Source of the DNA: Phaeosaccion multiseriatum
Lineage: Eukaryota; Protista; Ochrophyta, other classes
Direction: 5' to 3'
DNA: 64,000 nucleotides
Assembly (NCBI GenBank): GCA_965112735.1
Contig: OZ218953.1
Span: 248,001 to 312,000 of the forward strand
The notes under the pieces are model-generated. The model did no database searches, had not been told where the DNA came from, and saw nothing but the letters and a program-made list of their open reading frames with translations. The number at the start of each line of letters is the position of its first letter. The first letter of the stretch is position 1. The translations under genes were made by a program, and so were the position numbers. Shown piece by piece: positions 37,313 to 51,400 of the stretch.

Positions 37313-39996
37313 TTACACATCGATGACCCTGGCGAGCTTCTGCACCTTGTTAAGCAGTAGATCCCCCTCCTTGATGGTGGACAAGTACTGCGCGTTCTTG
37401 GAGTCCGGCCGATTGGTCTCCACCACTCCTGACACCTGTGAGGGCACCAAAGGGGAGGACAGACACACGGCCACACGCATCAATTGAGACGCTCATTCCC
37501 AATAGAAAGGCAGCGAACTATGGGGCATGAGCCCACCCACCCCATTACCTTGTCTATCTTGGCGTTGAGCCTGCCCGCTGCGATGAATCTGCTGAGCTCC
37601 TTGTCGAGGAAGGGCACGCTCACCCCGAACTGCGTGGCCATGGACTCGAGGATGACGCTCTTGTAGGCCTCGAGGAACTGCGTGTAGGCAAGGATGCGAA
37701 GCTCGCGCACCAGGTAGGTGGCGTGCCTGCACACGCACACACACACACACACACGCACGCGCGCAGACGAAATCGAGTGAAGCGACGAGAGCTCAGCGGT
37801 TAGAGAGAAGGGAACAAACGCCTGTTCCGTGCGGGGATGCACAAAGCAAGCAAGACAGGAACGTGGGGAATACCGACAGCAGAGCACCAAGCGGGACCCC
37901 AGCAAGCTCACTCTGGTAGGAATGGGGCAAGTTAAGCCACGACAATGGACTGCACACGCGGCACCGGCCTCACCTGCTGAAGTACCGATCCTCCACCACC
38001 TGCGTGTGCACCGTGACGAGTGCGTGCAGGAAGGCCTTGTAGTCGCACTCGTACAGAGAGGTGACGAGGGCCTGCACGGAGGGAAGGGCAGGCATGACGG
38101 ACAGCACCTCGGGCCCGTCGATGATCTGCAGAGTGCCAAACACACAGACGAGAAGGGAGCAGCAGCGTCGGCCTCTCGTCTTCAGAACAGCAAGCGGGAG
38201 GCACAGAGGTGTCTTGTGGCACCTACCTTCTGTTTGAGCGAGGTCCTCGGCAGGGAGAGGATGTTGGTGATGACAGCGTACTTGACGAACTGCTCGTACG
38301 AGCACAGCTCCGTGCACGTGAAAGTGGCCACGCACTCGAGCAGGAGTGCCGCCGCGCCCGTAATGTCCCTCCTAATGACCAAGAACAACGCCTCGTACAC
38401 CTGCCAGGCACAGGGCGGGGCAAACAGCAACGGGCGGGAGAGAGAGGGAGGGAGGCAGGGAGGGAGGGAGGTGTGAGGCCGAGGAGGCGTGGCGCATGTC
38501 CACGCTGCGTGTGTATCAGGAGGAGCTTGACTACGAGTGCCGCACCTTGAGGCGATTCCGCCTGTCCCAGTCGCCGCCCGTCTCCACCAGCTTCTTGCAC
38601 CTGTCCAGCCCCTCTCGCATCTCCTCCATGTCCACATGGAACAGCCCCACTCGGATCTGTGTGCATAAGCAGCAGGCAGACAGGCAGACAGGCCGGCAGG
38701 AGAGAAGGCACGAGGAGACTCAGCGCAGCCAGCGAAGAGTCCGTGCTCCATGCTCGCCCGTAAAGGAAGAGCCCTACCTACCCCCCTCCCTCTCTGCCCT
38801 GCTCACTCTCTCACCTTGGCCATGCAAGCGTCGATCTTCTTGCCCGTGCTGATCTTCTCCTTCTCCAAAATAGCCGTGTACGCCTAAACCGAGGAGAACG
38901 CCAACGAATGACTGAATGTGAGCCGCACGCTCTGATCCGCTTGCCAAGCACGGTCACAATCACGCGGGCGCAACCACGTCGAGCGGGTCCCCACCGCACG
39001 TACCTTGTAGGCCCCGTCCTTGTCCCCTATCCTGGCCAGGCAGGAGGCTTTGGCGAACATAGCGTCCAGCACCTCCATGTCTCCCGCGTCCTAAGATGGA
39101 GAGCGCCGAGGGTTAGAGGCAGTGGTGAGTGGATGGGAGAGAGCGAGAGCACCAGGTGCCCAGCACAACTGAGTCTGGTTGGTCGGGTCGGCCCCCTTCT
39201 GTCGCGAGGCAACCATCACGGCCCCCCTCAGTGCAAGCTCGCATGGTGCTAGACAGGGGACACCTCGACCGATCGATGAAGCATATGCAAGCGAGGAGCC
39301 GCTCCGCCGCCTCCGCTGTCACTGACCTTGATCGCTCCCTGCATGTCCTCCTCTATCTTGGCGAGCTCTGCCTCGTTCTCCTTAGTGAGCTTGTCCAGCA
39401 GGCTGCGGTCCAGGGTGAAGGTGCTCGGGTGCAGCTGGCATAGGCTGGCGTACCAGGGGGCCATGCTCTTCTCTGTAATCACTTTCATCACTTCGTCCTT
39501 CGAGGCCTGGTCCCCTGACAGCGCAGACCCGAGGTGGGTGGGTGGGGAGGGGGTTACTGAGGGGGGGGGGCGAAGGCATTGAGGCGTAGGGACCTGCGGC
39601 CGGAGTCCAGTCCTTCACCTCACTCCCTTCAACGTAGAGGGCAGAGGGCGGAAACTAACACGCCCTCCACACGCCCGCAGTGGGGAAGGGGGGAAGCAGC
39701 ACTCACTCTCTCGTCCCCCAAGCCCCTTTCTAGGACTACGAATGAATGGCCTGGAGATGCGAATGAATGCGTTTCTCCTCTTCTCACCTTTGGTCACGGC
39801 CACGAAGCAAGCCTGTGCGACCTCCATGTCCGGGATCTGCACCACCACCTCCTCCTCCTCCTCCTCAGGCTCATCCGCTGCTGCCACTACTGGCGCGGGT
39901 GCCTTCGACGATTGTTGGCTGAGAACGATGACAGTCGTACAAAGGAGGGAGTGAGAAAACTGTTTTAGGAGAGCGCTTGGAGAATCCACCAGACAT
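37313..39996 (-). CDS. RPN7: 26S proteasome lid subunit RPN7/PSMD6
   Basis: [95 protein letters not shown] and [17 protein letters not shown]. The start is approximate. Confidence 0.95.
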
Positions 39997-40603
39997 GGCA
40001 ACAGCGACTTGACCGTGCGTGGGCAAAGACAGCACAAGAGGCTGCGCAGCAGAGAAGCAACACGCCTCAGACACTCTATGAGCACATTCGATGCATCTGC
40101 AGGAAGAGTTCGGGCTGATGCTGCCGCTGCTGAGCTACCCGGGCTGAGATGGACTGTGGAGATCGATCAAAAAAGCAGGGAACACCGAGATTTTCTGCCC
40201 TGCTAGCTGATAGAAGCGCGTTCTCAGCCCCCCCCCCCCCCCCTCCCGCTCTCACGTCCTCACTCACTCGTCCACCTCCATGCTGTCTCCACTGCCGCCC
40301 GCCATGCTGTTCAAGAGAGTGAGACGAGGGAACAGAGGGGGGACGTTAGGACAATCCTTACGTAACGAATCTCAGGCATATGGGACAGATGCAGATGTAG
40401 AGGGGAGGCATGAGGACAACGCTCAAACATAACAACAGAGGGAAAGAGCGAGCAGAGAACCAGCAGAGAGCCCGACGTAGCAAGCCGTAGAACACGTCGA
40501 AAGGAGCGGCGTCGGGAGAAGGAGACTCTGAAGAGCACAAGTGGCAAAATAGATTAAATCCTCAAGGGGGAGGGAGGAAGGAGAAAAAGTAGTAGCAGGC
40601 GTT

Positions 40604-41580
40604 ATGACGGAGAAGGGTGATAACAAGACGCCGGAGTTTGAGCCCCCACAGGTACGATGCAGTTGTCGTGGTGCTCGCTGTGCTGGAGATCCGTGACCTT
40701 ACCTCGTCCTCCTCTTCGCGTTGCGTGCCACAGGCGTGTGTGCAGCGCGTGATCAAGTCCGTGCTGCCCGACAATGTGCAGATCGGTAAGGACGCGAAGG
40801 CCGCCTTCTCGCGGAGCGCAGGCATCTTCATCATGTACCTCACGGCTTGCGCAAACGACTTCTGCAGGTGAGGCGGTGAGGCAGTGAGGCGGGCCTGGCG
40901 GCACTAAAGCCTTGAGCACGTTGCAATTGCTCACCTTCTACTACCCTCCTGCCTTTTCAGGGAGTCTAAGCGGCAAACGATCTCAGCAGCGGACGTGATG
41001 CAGGCGATTAGGGAGCTTGAGTTCACGGAGCTAGAGGAGCCACTAAAGGTAAGCTACGTTCGCTTGGTCGGCGGTGACTGAAGTGGAGGAGACTTGTAGA
41101 TGTTTTGTCGGGGGAGGGGGAGGGAACCCTCTCTGCTGTGCATCAGTCTCTGCGCCGCTGTTCTTGTTTGGACAGGACTTAGAGGTGTCCATCAAGGTCC
41201 TCTCTCTCACCCCGTCTCCCTCCCTGTCTCTCGCCCTCCCTGCAGGACTACCTGGAGCACTTCCGAAAAGAAGCCACTCTCAAGAAAAAGGCGGCCAAGA
41301 GCACGCCCAGTAAGAAGGAGAAGAGTGACAAGGTGAGGCGCCGGTGGGAAAGGTGCTCTGGCTTTGCTTTCTGTATTCTCACTCAACCTGTCCCGCCACT
41401 TGCTCGGTCACGCAGGACGGGGAAGGTGACGAGGAGGACGAAGAGGCAGGGGCAGCCGAGGCAGTGGCCGCGCACCTCTCAGGGGAGGTGGACGCGATGG
41501 ATGAGGGGGTGGACGAGGGGAAAGGCGCAGTCGTGCAGGAAGACAGGGAGATGACAGACGCGGCAGCTACAGAGTCATGA
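40604..41580 (+). CDS. POLE3: Histone-fold protein POLE3/DPB4/CHRAC17
   Basis: Spliced product MTEKGDNKTPEFEPPQACVQRVIKSVLPDNVQIGKDAKAAFSRSAGIFIMYLTACANDFCRESKRQTISAADVMQAIRELEF..., followed by an acidic tail. Confidence 0.88.
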
Positions 41581-42217
41581 AGGGCGGGCGAGGCAGCTGA
41601 AGTGGGCAGCTACTTTCTGCTGCGCTGACAGCGCGAGGCGGAGCGCGAGCAGGGCCCGCTCCAATATGTACAAATGGCAGTGAATGGCAGGGGAATTGTC
41701 CCGCCTGATGGACCTATCGCCGCTCTCTGACGCACCCATGTTGCGTCAGAGGGTCAGGCAGCTGAAGTGTACGCCCTACAGGTCACGCTCTGGAAGGGTC
41801 TCCGCACACCTCCATGGGACCGGGGCCCCAGGGGGGGGGGGGAGCTCTCCCAGGGTTAACGCGTTTGGGTCTTCACATCTTACGGCAGATAGCATATGAG
41901 CTGTGCTGTGCGGCTCCCTCTCCCCCCCGCCGCCGTAATCGTAAATACAAGAGTTTTTATGTCCACCCTCTCCTTCCTCTCGACATCCCTCTCTGTGGAG
42001 TTCTCCCCTCGTTGTGAAAGTGGTTGGGGAAGTGAGACGTTGTTACCAAGAGAGAGGTCTGAGCAGACGATGAGCCCCCCTTGTGTCGCGGTCTGAAATT
42101 GTACTCAGAATGATATTTTAAGTCCTTGTGCTCTGTGCTCGGGCTTGCAGCTCACTCGTGTCCAGCGCCGCACCCTCCCGCCCCCCCCAACACTCCCCAC
42201 CCCCCACAATCTCCACT

Positions 42218-42400
42218 GCTCTCCCTCTCCCTCTGTTCTCTCTCTCTCCCTCTCCCTCTGTTCTCTCTCTCGTTCCCTCTCCCTCTGTTCTCTCTCTCCC
42301 TCCCCCTCTGTTCTCTCTCTCTCCCTCCCCCTCTGTTCTCTCTCTCTCCCTCTCCCTCTGTTCTCTCTCTCCACCCCCCCCTCTCTCTCCCTCCTCTCGC
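42218..42400. repeat. Pyrimidine-rich minisatellite (~25-bp unit CTCCCTCTCCCTCTGTTCTCTCTCT)
   Basis: About six imperfect copies immediately downstream of the HUWE1 stop codon. Confidence 0.85.
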
Positions 42401-42430
42401 CTCACCCCTCGCTCTCGCCACTGCCCTGTC

Positions 42431-45400
42431 CTATCCAAAGCCGAATCCCTCTGAGCCCTCCCTCAGCGCCAACAATAGCCTCTTCTGCGTCATCTCCTCG
42501 CTATCGTACACGGGCAGGTTGAGCTGGTTGAAGCAGGTGTGTGCCTGGGGCAGCAGGTGTGACCCCCCAAAGGTCTTGGTGATGTTAAACTTCTGCAAGC
42601 CGCGCATGCCCTGCAGATGCCCGAAGCCCTCCAGCGGCACCTTGCTTGTGCCGGTGACGAATTGCAAGAACAGAGCCTTCTCCTCCTGCCCAAAGCTGCG
42701 CAGCACGTTCCAGAACCACACGATCTGTGGGTCCGAGGCCTTGAACACATTGTACTCCGTGTTGCTCTGCAAATCGTCAAGGTCAATGTCGGGCATGCCG
42801 CTGATGAGCAGCTCCAGCTCCTTGGGCGTGAAGATGGAGATGAGCTCTGGCGGCACCAGCTCATGAAAGCCGTCCAGAAAGGCCTCGATCTGCTTGCGAA
42901 TGCCCTCCGTCATTCGGTGGTGCGTGACTAGGCGCACGTAGTCCAGCTTAGTGTCGTCCGTCACTGCAATGTTGCGCCCCCCGGGCACCAGGTCCACCGT
43001 CTCCACCTGCCCGAACTTGCTCCTCTCTGCACTGAAGGTGAGCTCCAGGCCGAGCATGTCTAGCTCCATAGAGAGGATCGTGGTGAGGTTCTTGTAGTAC
43101 TCGGGGTCGGTGGCCTCCATGTCTCCGTAGGCCACAGGCACACCCAGAATGTGTTTGTAGAAGCTCTGCGTGAAGTGCGCGTCCAGCAGCTGCCCGTCGG
43201 CGATGGCCTTACCCACGATGCGCCCCACAAACTTGAGATAGAACAAGTGGTCAGGATTGACGCCGCTCAAAGGGTTGGGTTGGAAGGTCACGCCGTCCGC
43301 CGCCGAGATAAAGAGCGCGTAATTGGCGTTAAATATCTCCCTGGCGAGGATGCTGTACCACTCCCTCGTGAGCCCGCCTGCGTCGATTCCCTCCTCCCCC
43401 TGGAAGGTAATGTGCAGCCTGCCTCTCATCTCCTCTGCCGTTCTGATCCTCAACTGATGGAAGGACTGCTCAAACACGAGGTTTCTGGGCACGTTCAGCC
43501 GGAGCACGCCATACCTCCGCGTGCTATGCTGGCGCAGACGCCTGAGCTGTGCCCTGAAGAAGGCCCGCTTGTTGTCGAAGTCGAGGTGCCTGCGACACAC
43601 AGGGTCCTGTACCATGGCTGCGAGGCTGCGGTCGAGGAGCTGTGGGTTCTGGTGCAGCAGCGCGTTGAGCAGCGCCTTGTGCGAGGACACGAAGTCCGCG
43701 AGACGCCGCCCACCTATGAGTGTAGTGTGTTGTGGTATATTGTGGTATGAAAGAGCCAGAGAGTCAGTACATATGAACAGATGTATACAGGCGAACAGAA
43801 CAGCGAAGCTCGAATCACGTGAGTGAGTACAGTGTAGCATACACATGCGAGCAGAAGCGCACACATCGAGCCCTCTCAGTCTCGCTCTCACCTGGCTTGG
43901 CAACGATCTTGGAGAGATCCTCCTCCACAAAGGGCCTCATATTCTTGGGAACGTTCCTCCTGAACTTGGCCCCAGGGAGATCCATCAGGAGGCGGGTAGT
44001 CCCCTTGAGCAGGTTGGCGGAAGAGGAAGTGGCCGCTAGAGTCCGCGCCTCGTCCTCCCCAGACGGGGCCTTCTCTTCGTCCTCCATCGCCGCGGCACCC
44101 CCCGCCCCTGCTGCCTCTGCTGCCCCTGCTGCGCCTGTTGCCCCTCCTGCCCCTCCTGCCGCTTCATGCTCGGCCGCCGAAGCCGAGGCCGCCGCCGCCA
44201 CCGCCGCCGCAGCTGCAGCGACCGCAGCCTCCTCGTCCTCCGCCTCACTGCTCGCCCCTGCCTTGCCCTTGCCCTCCTCGGCGTCGTCCTGCTCCTCCCA
44301 AGTGTTGCGGGCATTGACCACAAAGAACACCTCTACCACAGGCAGGAAGCGCGCCAAGAGCCCCGCCATGGCAGAAGTGTACTTGGACTTGCCCACGCGG
44401 GGAGGCGCATCGCCGCTTGCGCCTGCCCCTGCCCCTGCCCCTGATCCTGATCCTGACACCGATAGGGATGCTTCCGCCTCCCCAACTGCATCCCCAACTG
44501 CTACTGCCTCATCGCCGACGACTTGGGTGTCTTCCTCTTCCTCCTCCTCCACTCCGGGCGTGACCCCCTGCAGCACGCCCACCACCCTCAGGCAGTCGGA
44601 CAGGGCGTCCCACAGCGCATCGAGGCCTAGGCTGGAGCTGGACAGGGCCTTGTCCAGCGCTCGAGAGCCCTCGGGGGACGCGTCGGTGCTGGCCAGAGAG
44701 CACAGAGTCTGCAGCACGCGGAGCAACTTGAGCTCACTCGAGCTGCCGGTGAGGGTTAACGCGGCTGGAGACGGGACACTGCCTGCTGCTGTTGTTGTTG
44801 CTGGCTGGCCCGGTTCCGGCGCCTGTGCCTGCTGCTGCTGCTCGACAGGGTCCTCCTCCCTAGCTCTCTTGCCTTTGCCCTTGCCCTTGCCCTTGCCCTT
44901 GCCTCCATCAGATGCACTGACTTGTGCTGCCTCTGCCGCCTCCGCCGCCGCCTTCTTCGCTTTCTCCCCCTGCCGTGTGGAGGCCTCGAGCGTGAGGCTG
45001 AGCTGCTTGGACAGACCCTCGAGTTCGGAGATGGAGCTCTTGCCAAGGGCCTCCGCAACAAGCCCAAGCTCCTTCAGCAACTTGCTGCGATTTGCAGGGA
45101 CCTGTGTGTGTGTGTTTGTGTGTGTGTGTGCGTGAGCGTGTGTTCGATGGCAACAAACGGGCAAGCACAGGGGTCAGGTCAGCGTCTCGAAGAGAGCAGC
45201 GCATGTGTGGACAAGATGGGGGAGAGAAAGACCGAAAGCAAGCAACAAGAGATTGACACCTTCCTCTCCCTCACCTTTGCAAGGTGAAGCAGGACCGTGC
45301 GGATGCGCTGGAAGGTGCTCTCGCTGCACGTCTCGAGGTGCAGGAGGGAGCACAGCAGATGCAGTCTTTCGGGCGAGATGCGGGGCGTGGGGATCGGCAC

Positions 45401-48400
45401 CCACTCTGAAGCGGGTACGGCAGCAACACTGGCGTCGCCTGGTGCAGCGGTTGCTACTGCTCCTCCTCCTGCGGCTCCTGGGGCTCCTGGGGCTCCTACC
45501 GCTGCTGCTGCTGCTGCTGCTGCTGCTCCTGCCACTGGGACTCCTGGCGCCCCTGCCTCTTCCACCTCCATATCTACTGTTGCCGCGTTGCCCCCTCCTC
45601 CATCAGCAGTTGCAGCCGCCGCGGACGGAGGAGCAGCAGAAGGACCTGCCGCAATAGAAGCCCCAGTAGAAGCTGCTGCTGCATCGCCCACAGTGGGGGT
45701 CGACGGCAGCTTACTCAGGGGATTTACGAGGACCTCGAGCAGGTGCAGCAGCTGGTCGAGGTTGGATGAGCTCATGGTGTAGAGCCGCGTGTCCAGGAGG
45801 GCCAAGAGCTGCTCCAGCAGCACGTTGTCAGACTTAGACTCGCCTTGTGCCTGTGGCTGTCCGTCGCCATCGTCCATGTCCACCACATCCGTTGCTGCTG
45901 CAGCTGCAGCAGCCTGGCTCGCCGCTGGCTTCTTCCCCTTCCCCTTGCTGCCCATGAGGCTTCCTTCTCCGTCCAAGTCGCTACTCGGGGCGGATTCTGC
46001 GCTGGTGGTGGCTCCTTGAGAGGGCACAGCGGCAGGCGAAGTCAGCATGTCGTGAATGACTCGGCTCGAGTTCTTGGAGAGGTACCAGAGGTAGTCCAAC
46101 GCTCGATGCGCAATCACGGGGTGGGCCTCTTCGTTCCCATTCTCCGCTTCGTTCAGCACGCTGTGGGCAGAGGCAAAGGCCGACAGAGGCCCCGTCCCGG
46201 AAGAAGGCGGGCAGCCAATGAGGCCCACGGGCGGCAGCATGAGGTCTCCTGTGGAGGGGTCCCACCCCCCGGCCACAGCGGCGGCATGAGCATCCGCTTC
46301 CTCTGGGGTGGGCAGCAGCCGTCTCTCATCACCCTCTCCAGAACCAGAGCCAGCAGCAGGGGGGGCTTGTCGGTCAGCATTGTCAGCATCACTTCCTCCG
46401 CCACCCGCCCCCCCCCCTCCCGGAGGACCACCGCCGCTGCCCCCTCCTGCCTTGTTCTCATCGCCAGAGTCACCATCATCGTCTCCTCCTCCTCCTCCTC
46501 CACCCTTACCCCCTTCTGCCACACGCAAGGCTGTCTTGTCCTTCTTGCCGGTCCGCACAGAGCGTCTTGGGTGCGCAGAGTGGGGCGAGGCCACATCCAC
46601 AGAGCCCTCGGCAGCACCCCCCCCCCCGGAGAGAGCCTCGATGGCCACAGAGCTGCTCTCCATGGCACCGGGGGCGGAGGAGAGGTAATGGCGAAGGGCG
46701 GTGCGTAGCCCGCTTCGGTCGGCATTCACCAGACAGACCAAGGCGTGCACAACAGCGAGGCGCATGCGCGGGTTCGAGGCGCAAAGGTTCAGTAGCAGGC
46801 GGGCTAGTTGGCGCTGGGGACGCATCGGGTTCATGAGGTGGAGCAGCCGAATCAGCACGGCCATGCCGCTGACGGTCAGCACCGGCCGGTCGGCAAGAGA
46901 CCTATTCCCTGCGTCGCCGCTGCTGCCGCTGCCCTGAGGAGGCAAATCAGCCGGCTCGAGCCGCATTTGTCCCACGCGATTGACTCCGGCCTCGGCAAAG
47001 AGGGCATCCGAGCGGTGGCCTCTCGAGCGGCCTGTAGCGGGGCAGGGTTAGCGAGGCGCAAAAGAGGAGCGGCAGCAGAGAATGTGAAACGGTGGTGATG
47101 AGGCAGTGCTGGGGGGATGGGGGCAATGGAGAGAAAACAGCCGATGAGGGAAAGGGAAATCGTTCCATTCCAAGCACGAAAAACACCAAGGGCCTTTCCT
47201 TTCGTCAGCACCCCTCCAAGCGCCCCCCCTTCCCCTCCCTCCCCGGCCTACGATCGTACCTGCATAGCCGGCCACATGAAGCCTGCCGCCTCTGTTCCTC
47301 CGTCGACTGGCCCCTTCGGCCCGTGCCTCCTCCGCCTGCGCTTCTGCCCCCTCCATACCAGCCGCCGGTCCTCCTCCTCCTCCTGCTGCCGCTGCTACCA
47401 CCGCAGCTACAGCTGCATGGGCCGCTGCTGCCGCCCCTCTCGCCCCTCCCCCGCTACTGCTCGAGCCGCCTGCCTCTGCTCCTCCTCCTCCTGCTCCTCC
47501 TCCTCCTGCTCCTCCTCGGCCTCGAGATCTAAGCAGCATAACCTCCGCAACGAGGTTGGGTGGCAACGTTGCCAAAAACTGATCGTCTGCAGACAGGAGA
47601 ATTTCCTGCCGCAGATCAGGCGAAAGGGACGCCACGAACGAGGCGTTGTCCATCTCCTGTGCATTGGAGGGGTCTGCCGGAGCCTCTGCTTCCCCGCCAG
47701 CCTCCCGGTTGGCACCCCCTCCCCTGGACCGATTGCGCCTCTCCTGGTCCAGAACCTCCTGCCGCACATCCTCCGGCAAGGCCGCAAGAGCATCTGGGTC
47801 CAGTCCGGCGGCCTCCACGAGCTCCTGCTGGGCCTCTGCGCTGCGCTCGTACTCTCTCACCACCTCCTCCTGCATCTCGGAAGGCAACTGCGCGAACACC
47901 TCGGGATCCATCCCAGGGGGGCACACTGGCCCGTCTGCTGCTGCTGCAGGAGCACCAGCACCAGCAGTTGGTGATACAGCAGGAGCGGGTTCAGCAGCAC
48001 CCTCTGCAGAAGCAGCAGGGGCATCCGCGGCTGTGGCCGCAGTTCCGGAGGAAGGCGTGCCACTGTCGTCCCTCATTGCCTCCACGCCAGCTTGCTCTGC
48101 TCCGCTCTCCACCCCGTCCTCCTTGGCTTCGTCTCCGGTCTTGGCCTCAGCGACCTCCGGATTGGGCCGCCTTCGCGAGCCTGATGGAGACAGCGACAAG
48201 CTGGATGCTAGCGCCGCAACGGTTTCGCCTTCCGAAGACGACCCGGAGCCAGACTGAGCCGCACGACCTCCCGTCACTCCCCCCACCTCTTCGTCGTCCT
48301 CTTCCTCATCCTTGCCGTCCTCGTCCTCGTCATCATCATCGTCGCCTCCACCGCCGTCATGGTCGTGATCGGCGTCCTTCACCTCCTTCACTTGCTGCTC

Positions 48401-51400
48401 TCCTTGACCCTCGCCGTCAACCTCCATTGCAATCGACGTATCTGAGCGATCCACAGAGGTGTCTTCCTTGGCCTCAGCAGGGCCAGTGATGACATCAGGC
48501 ACAGAGCTTGCCCCTTCGACTCCCTTCGACTCAGCCTGGGCGCCCTCGGCCTTGTCTTCCTTCTCCTCCTTGTCCTCTTTGTCCTCCCCTTGGTCCTCCT
48601 TCGCGTCGGTCGCGTCTGTCGCCTTGGAATCGGCTGCTGACGCACCTTCACCCTCAGAGGAAACTGTGGAATGAGAAACATCGGAGGTGACAGGAGCTGC
48701 AGCCGAAGCCTGTGACGTATTATCACCAGTCACACTCAGGACCACACCATTGCTGCCTGTTCCGTGGATGTCTGTAAGTGGTGCATCTGTCCGAGGAGCA
48801 CCACGGCCGGCGGATGCTGCTACTGCTGCTGCTGCTGTTGCTGCTGTTGCTGCTGCTGCTGCTTCGCTCGCCCCGCTTTCTGAAGGTCGTTCCTCTGCAA
48901 CGTCCAGCCTGGACAACAGAGCAGACTCCACCATCTGGAAGAGATTGGTGAACTGCAAGTGCGGTGCCACTGCTGCTGAGGCTGAGGCTGCACCACCTCC
49001 CGTCGCAGCACTCGCACTCGAGCCCCCCGCAGAGCCATCTGCCCCTTCTGCTGATGCTGGTGCTGCTGGTGGTGGTGGTGGTGCTGATGCTGGTGGCGGT
49101 GCTGCTGCTTCCCCTTCTGCAGGTGCTGCTACTGCTGCCCCTTCTGCTGGTGGTGGTACTGCTGCTGCCCTTTCTGCAGATGCTACCGCGCCTTCTACTG
49201 CTGTTGCTAATGCTGCTGCTTCCCCTGCTGTTGTCTCTGCTGCCTCTGCTGCTGCTGCTGCTTCTCGCTCTGCTGCCTCTGCTGCTGTTTGTACTCGTAG
49301 TGAAACTGGTCCTGCCCCCCCGGCATGCCTCGAGTCGCCAAAGAACACCTCCAATGCGGGTTCGATCCTCGATCTTAGCGCCTCGTCCATCATGACGTCC
49401 TCCAGCTCCAGGCCGGGCGGCAGTGACAGGCCAGGAGGGAAGGCAGGGAGACGACCCGTGGCCCCCACCCCCCCCCCGGCATGCCTGTGGTGGTGCCGCC
49501 GCTGGCCTGCTGCGCATCAAATGAGGGGCGAGGGAGTGAGTGTGTGAGGGGCGGAGAGGAGGCAGAAGATATGACAAGGAGACGAACAAACACACACAAC
49601 AAATGCCCACCTCGGCTCAATCCGGTGAGGCTGTTCCCTGCCACGCTCATGGGGTCGGCACCGGGGGCAGCAGCGGCTGCGGCCGAGTCCCTCAAGGCTT
49701 GTGCCCCGCTGAGCAGCGGATGGTCCACAGAAGTCGTCACCTGCTGCATTGCCGCACTGACTCCCGACGGGAAGATTCGGCCGCTGTGGGTATGTCCCGG
49801 GGGGGGGTGGTTGTGGCCGGCAATCATTGCCCCGGGCCCCCCCACGAGCCCTGGCAGAGGGGGCAGGGTCGCTCCTCCGGCTCCTGCGTCGGGAATCCCG
49901 CTAATACCTGGCAGGTTCCGCACGACCTGAACAATGCTTGGGTGGCTGGAGTGGTTGGGATGTGAACTCCCTGTCCCTCCGCCCCCTCCCCCTGCCCCCC
50001 CGGCTGGCAGGCGAGTGAGGTGGAGACCGCTGGATTCGATGACGTCTTGAACTGTGCGTATGAGGCGGCGCCCTCCCTCCATAACCACCTGCTGCGTGTT
50101 GCCGTGGCGGGAAGACGGATGCATTTGCATGATCTGGCCGACGCGGATGTGCCCGGCGTCAACCCTATCCACCTCCGTCAACTCCTCCTCCTCTTCGTCC
50201 TCCTCGTCCTCCATCTCATCCTCCTGCATGTACTCCATATGGGGCACCAACTGAGGGACGTCCCCTCCGTGCCCAACGTAGGTCCACCCATGCGCATCTG
50301 TTTGCCCTGATTCGGCACCGTCTTCCTCCTCCTCTTCCTCCTCCTCCTCATCGTCGTCCTCGTCCTCGTCCTCATCCTCCTCCTCTTCCTCCACGTCCTC
50401 CTCGTCTTCGCCGTCCTCCTCTGCATTCATGAGCCCCCCCACCTCGTCGTCGACAGAAATTTCCTCTCGACCCCCTCCTCTCCCGTCTTCTTCGTCCCCG
50501 CTACTCTCTGACTCGTCCTCCCCGTCTTCGTCCTCGCGTTCGCTGCCGGTGTCATCGCCGTTGCTGTGCCGATCGTCGCCCTCGTCGTCCTCCCCTTCTG
50601 ACCCGCTCTGCTCATCACCGTCTTCATCTTCATCCTCATCCTCGTCCTCGTTCTCCCCTTCCCCCATTTCGTCGTCCGAGTCACTTGCAAGCATGAGGGC
50701 CCCAGGCACCCCCGGTACGCGCATTAGACCCACTGCCGTCAAGTCATCAAGATCGTCGGAGAAGTCCTCACTGCCCACCTCGTCGCCCTCGGACACGCCA
50801 TCTGACAAATCATATGCGTTCTCCGCATCCATTTCCGCCTCTTCCCTTTCCGCCTCAAACTCCTCTCTCCTCCTCCTCCGCCGCCGCCGCCGTCTCCTGC
50901 TGCTTTCTTCGGAAAGGTGACTGAGAGAGATCGAGCCTTGAACAAGCATGTCCTCTGCATCTCCTTCGTCCATGGAGCTACGCGTTCCGCTAAATCCTTC
51001 ATCCAGCATGGCATCATCGTCGGCAAAGGCAGATGCGCTACCTGCTGCTCCCGACCCAGTCGACGCACCCGGTGTGGACGGCAGTGATCCAGAAGAAGAG
51101 GCTGCACGAGAAATATTCCCACTCCTTCCAGCAGCTGCTACGGCAACAGCTGCAGCCACTCTCTCCCCATCCGGTCCTGGAGGCATCGGGCCTGATCCAC
51201 TGCTGCTGCTGCTGCTGCCGCCGCCACCGCCACTACTATCCCTTCCACCAGCACTGGCACCGCCACCATGCCTACGGCGAGACGTGGAGCGAGGCCTATT
51301 CCCCCCCGCTTGGCCTCCTCGCTGGCTTGAACGACCACCACTACCACCACCACTCCCTCTTCCTTCCCCGCCAGCAGACGACGAGCGACCACTTGCCCTA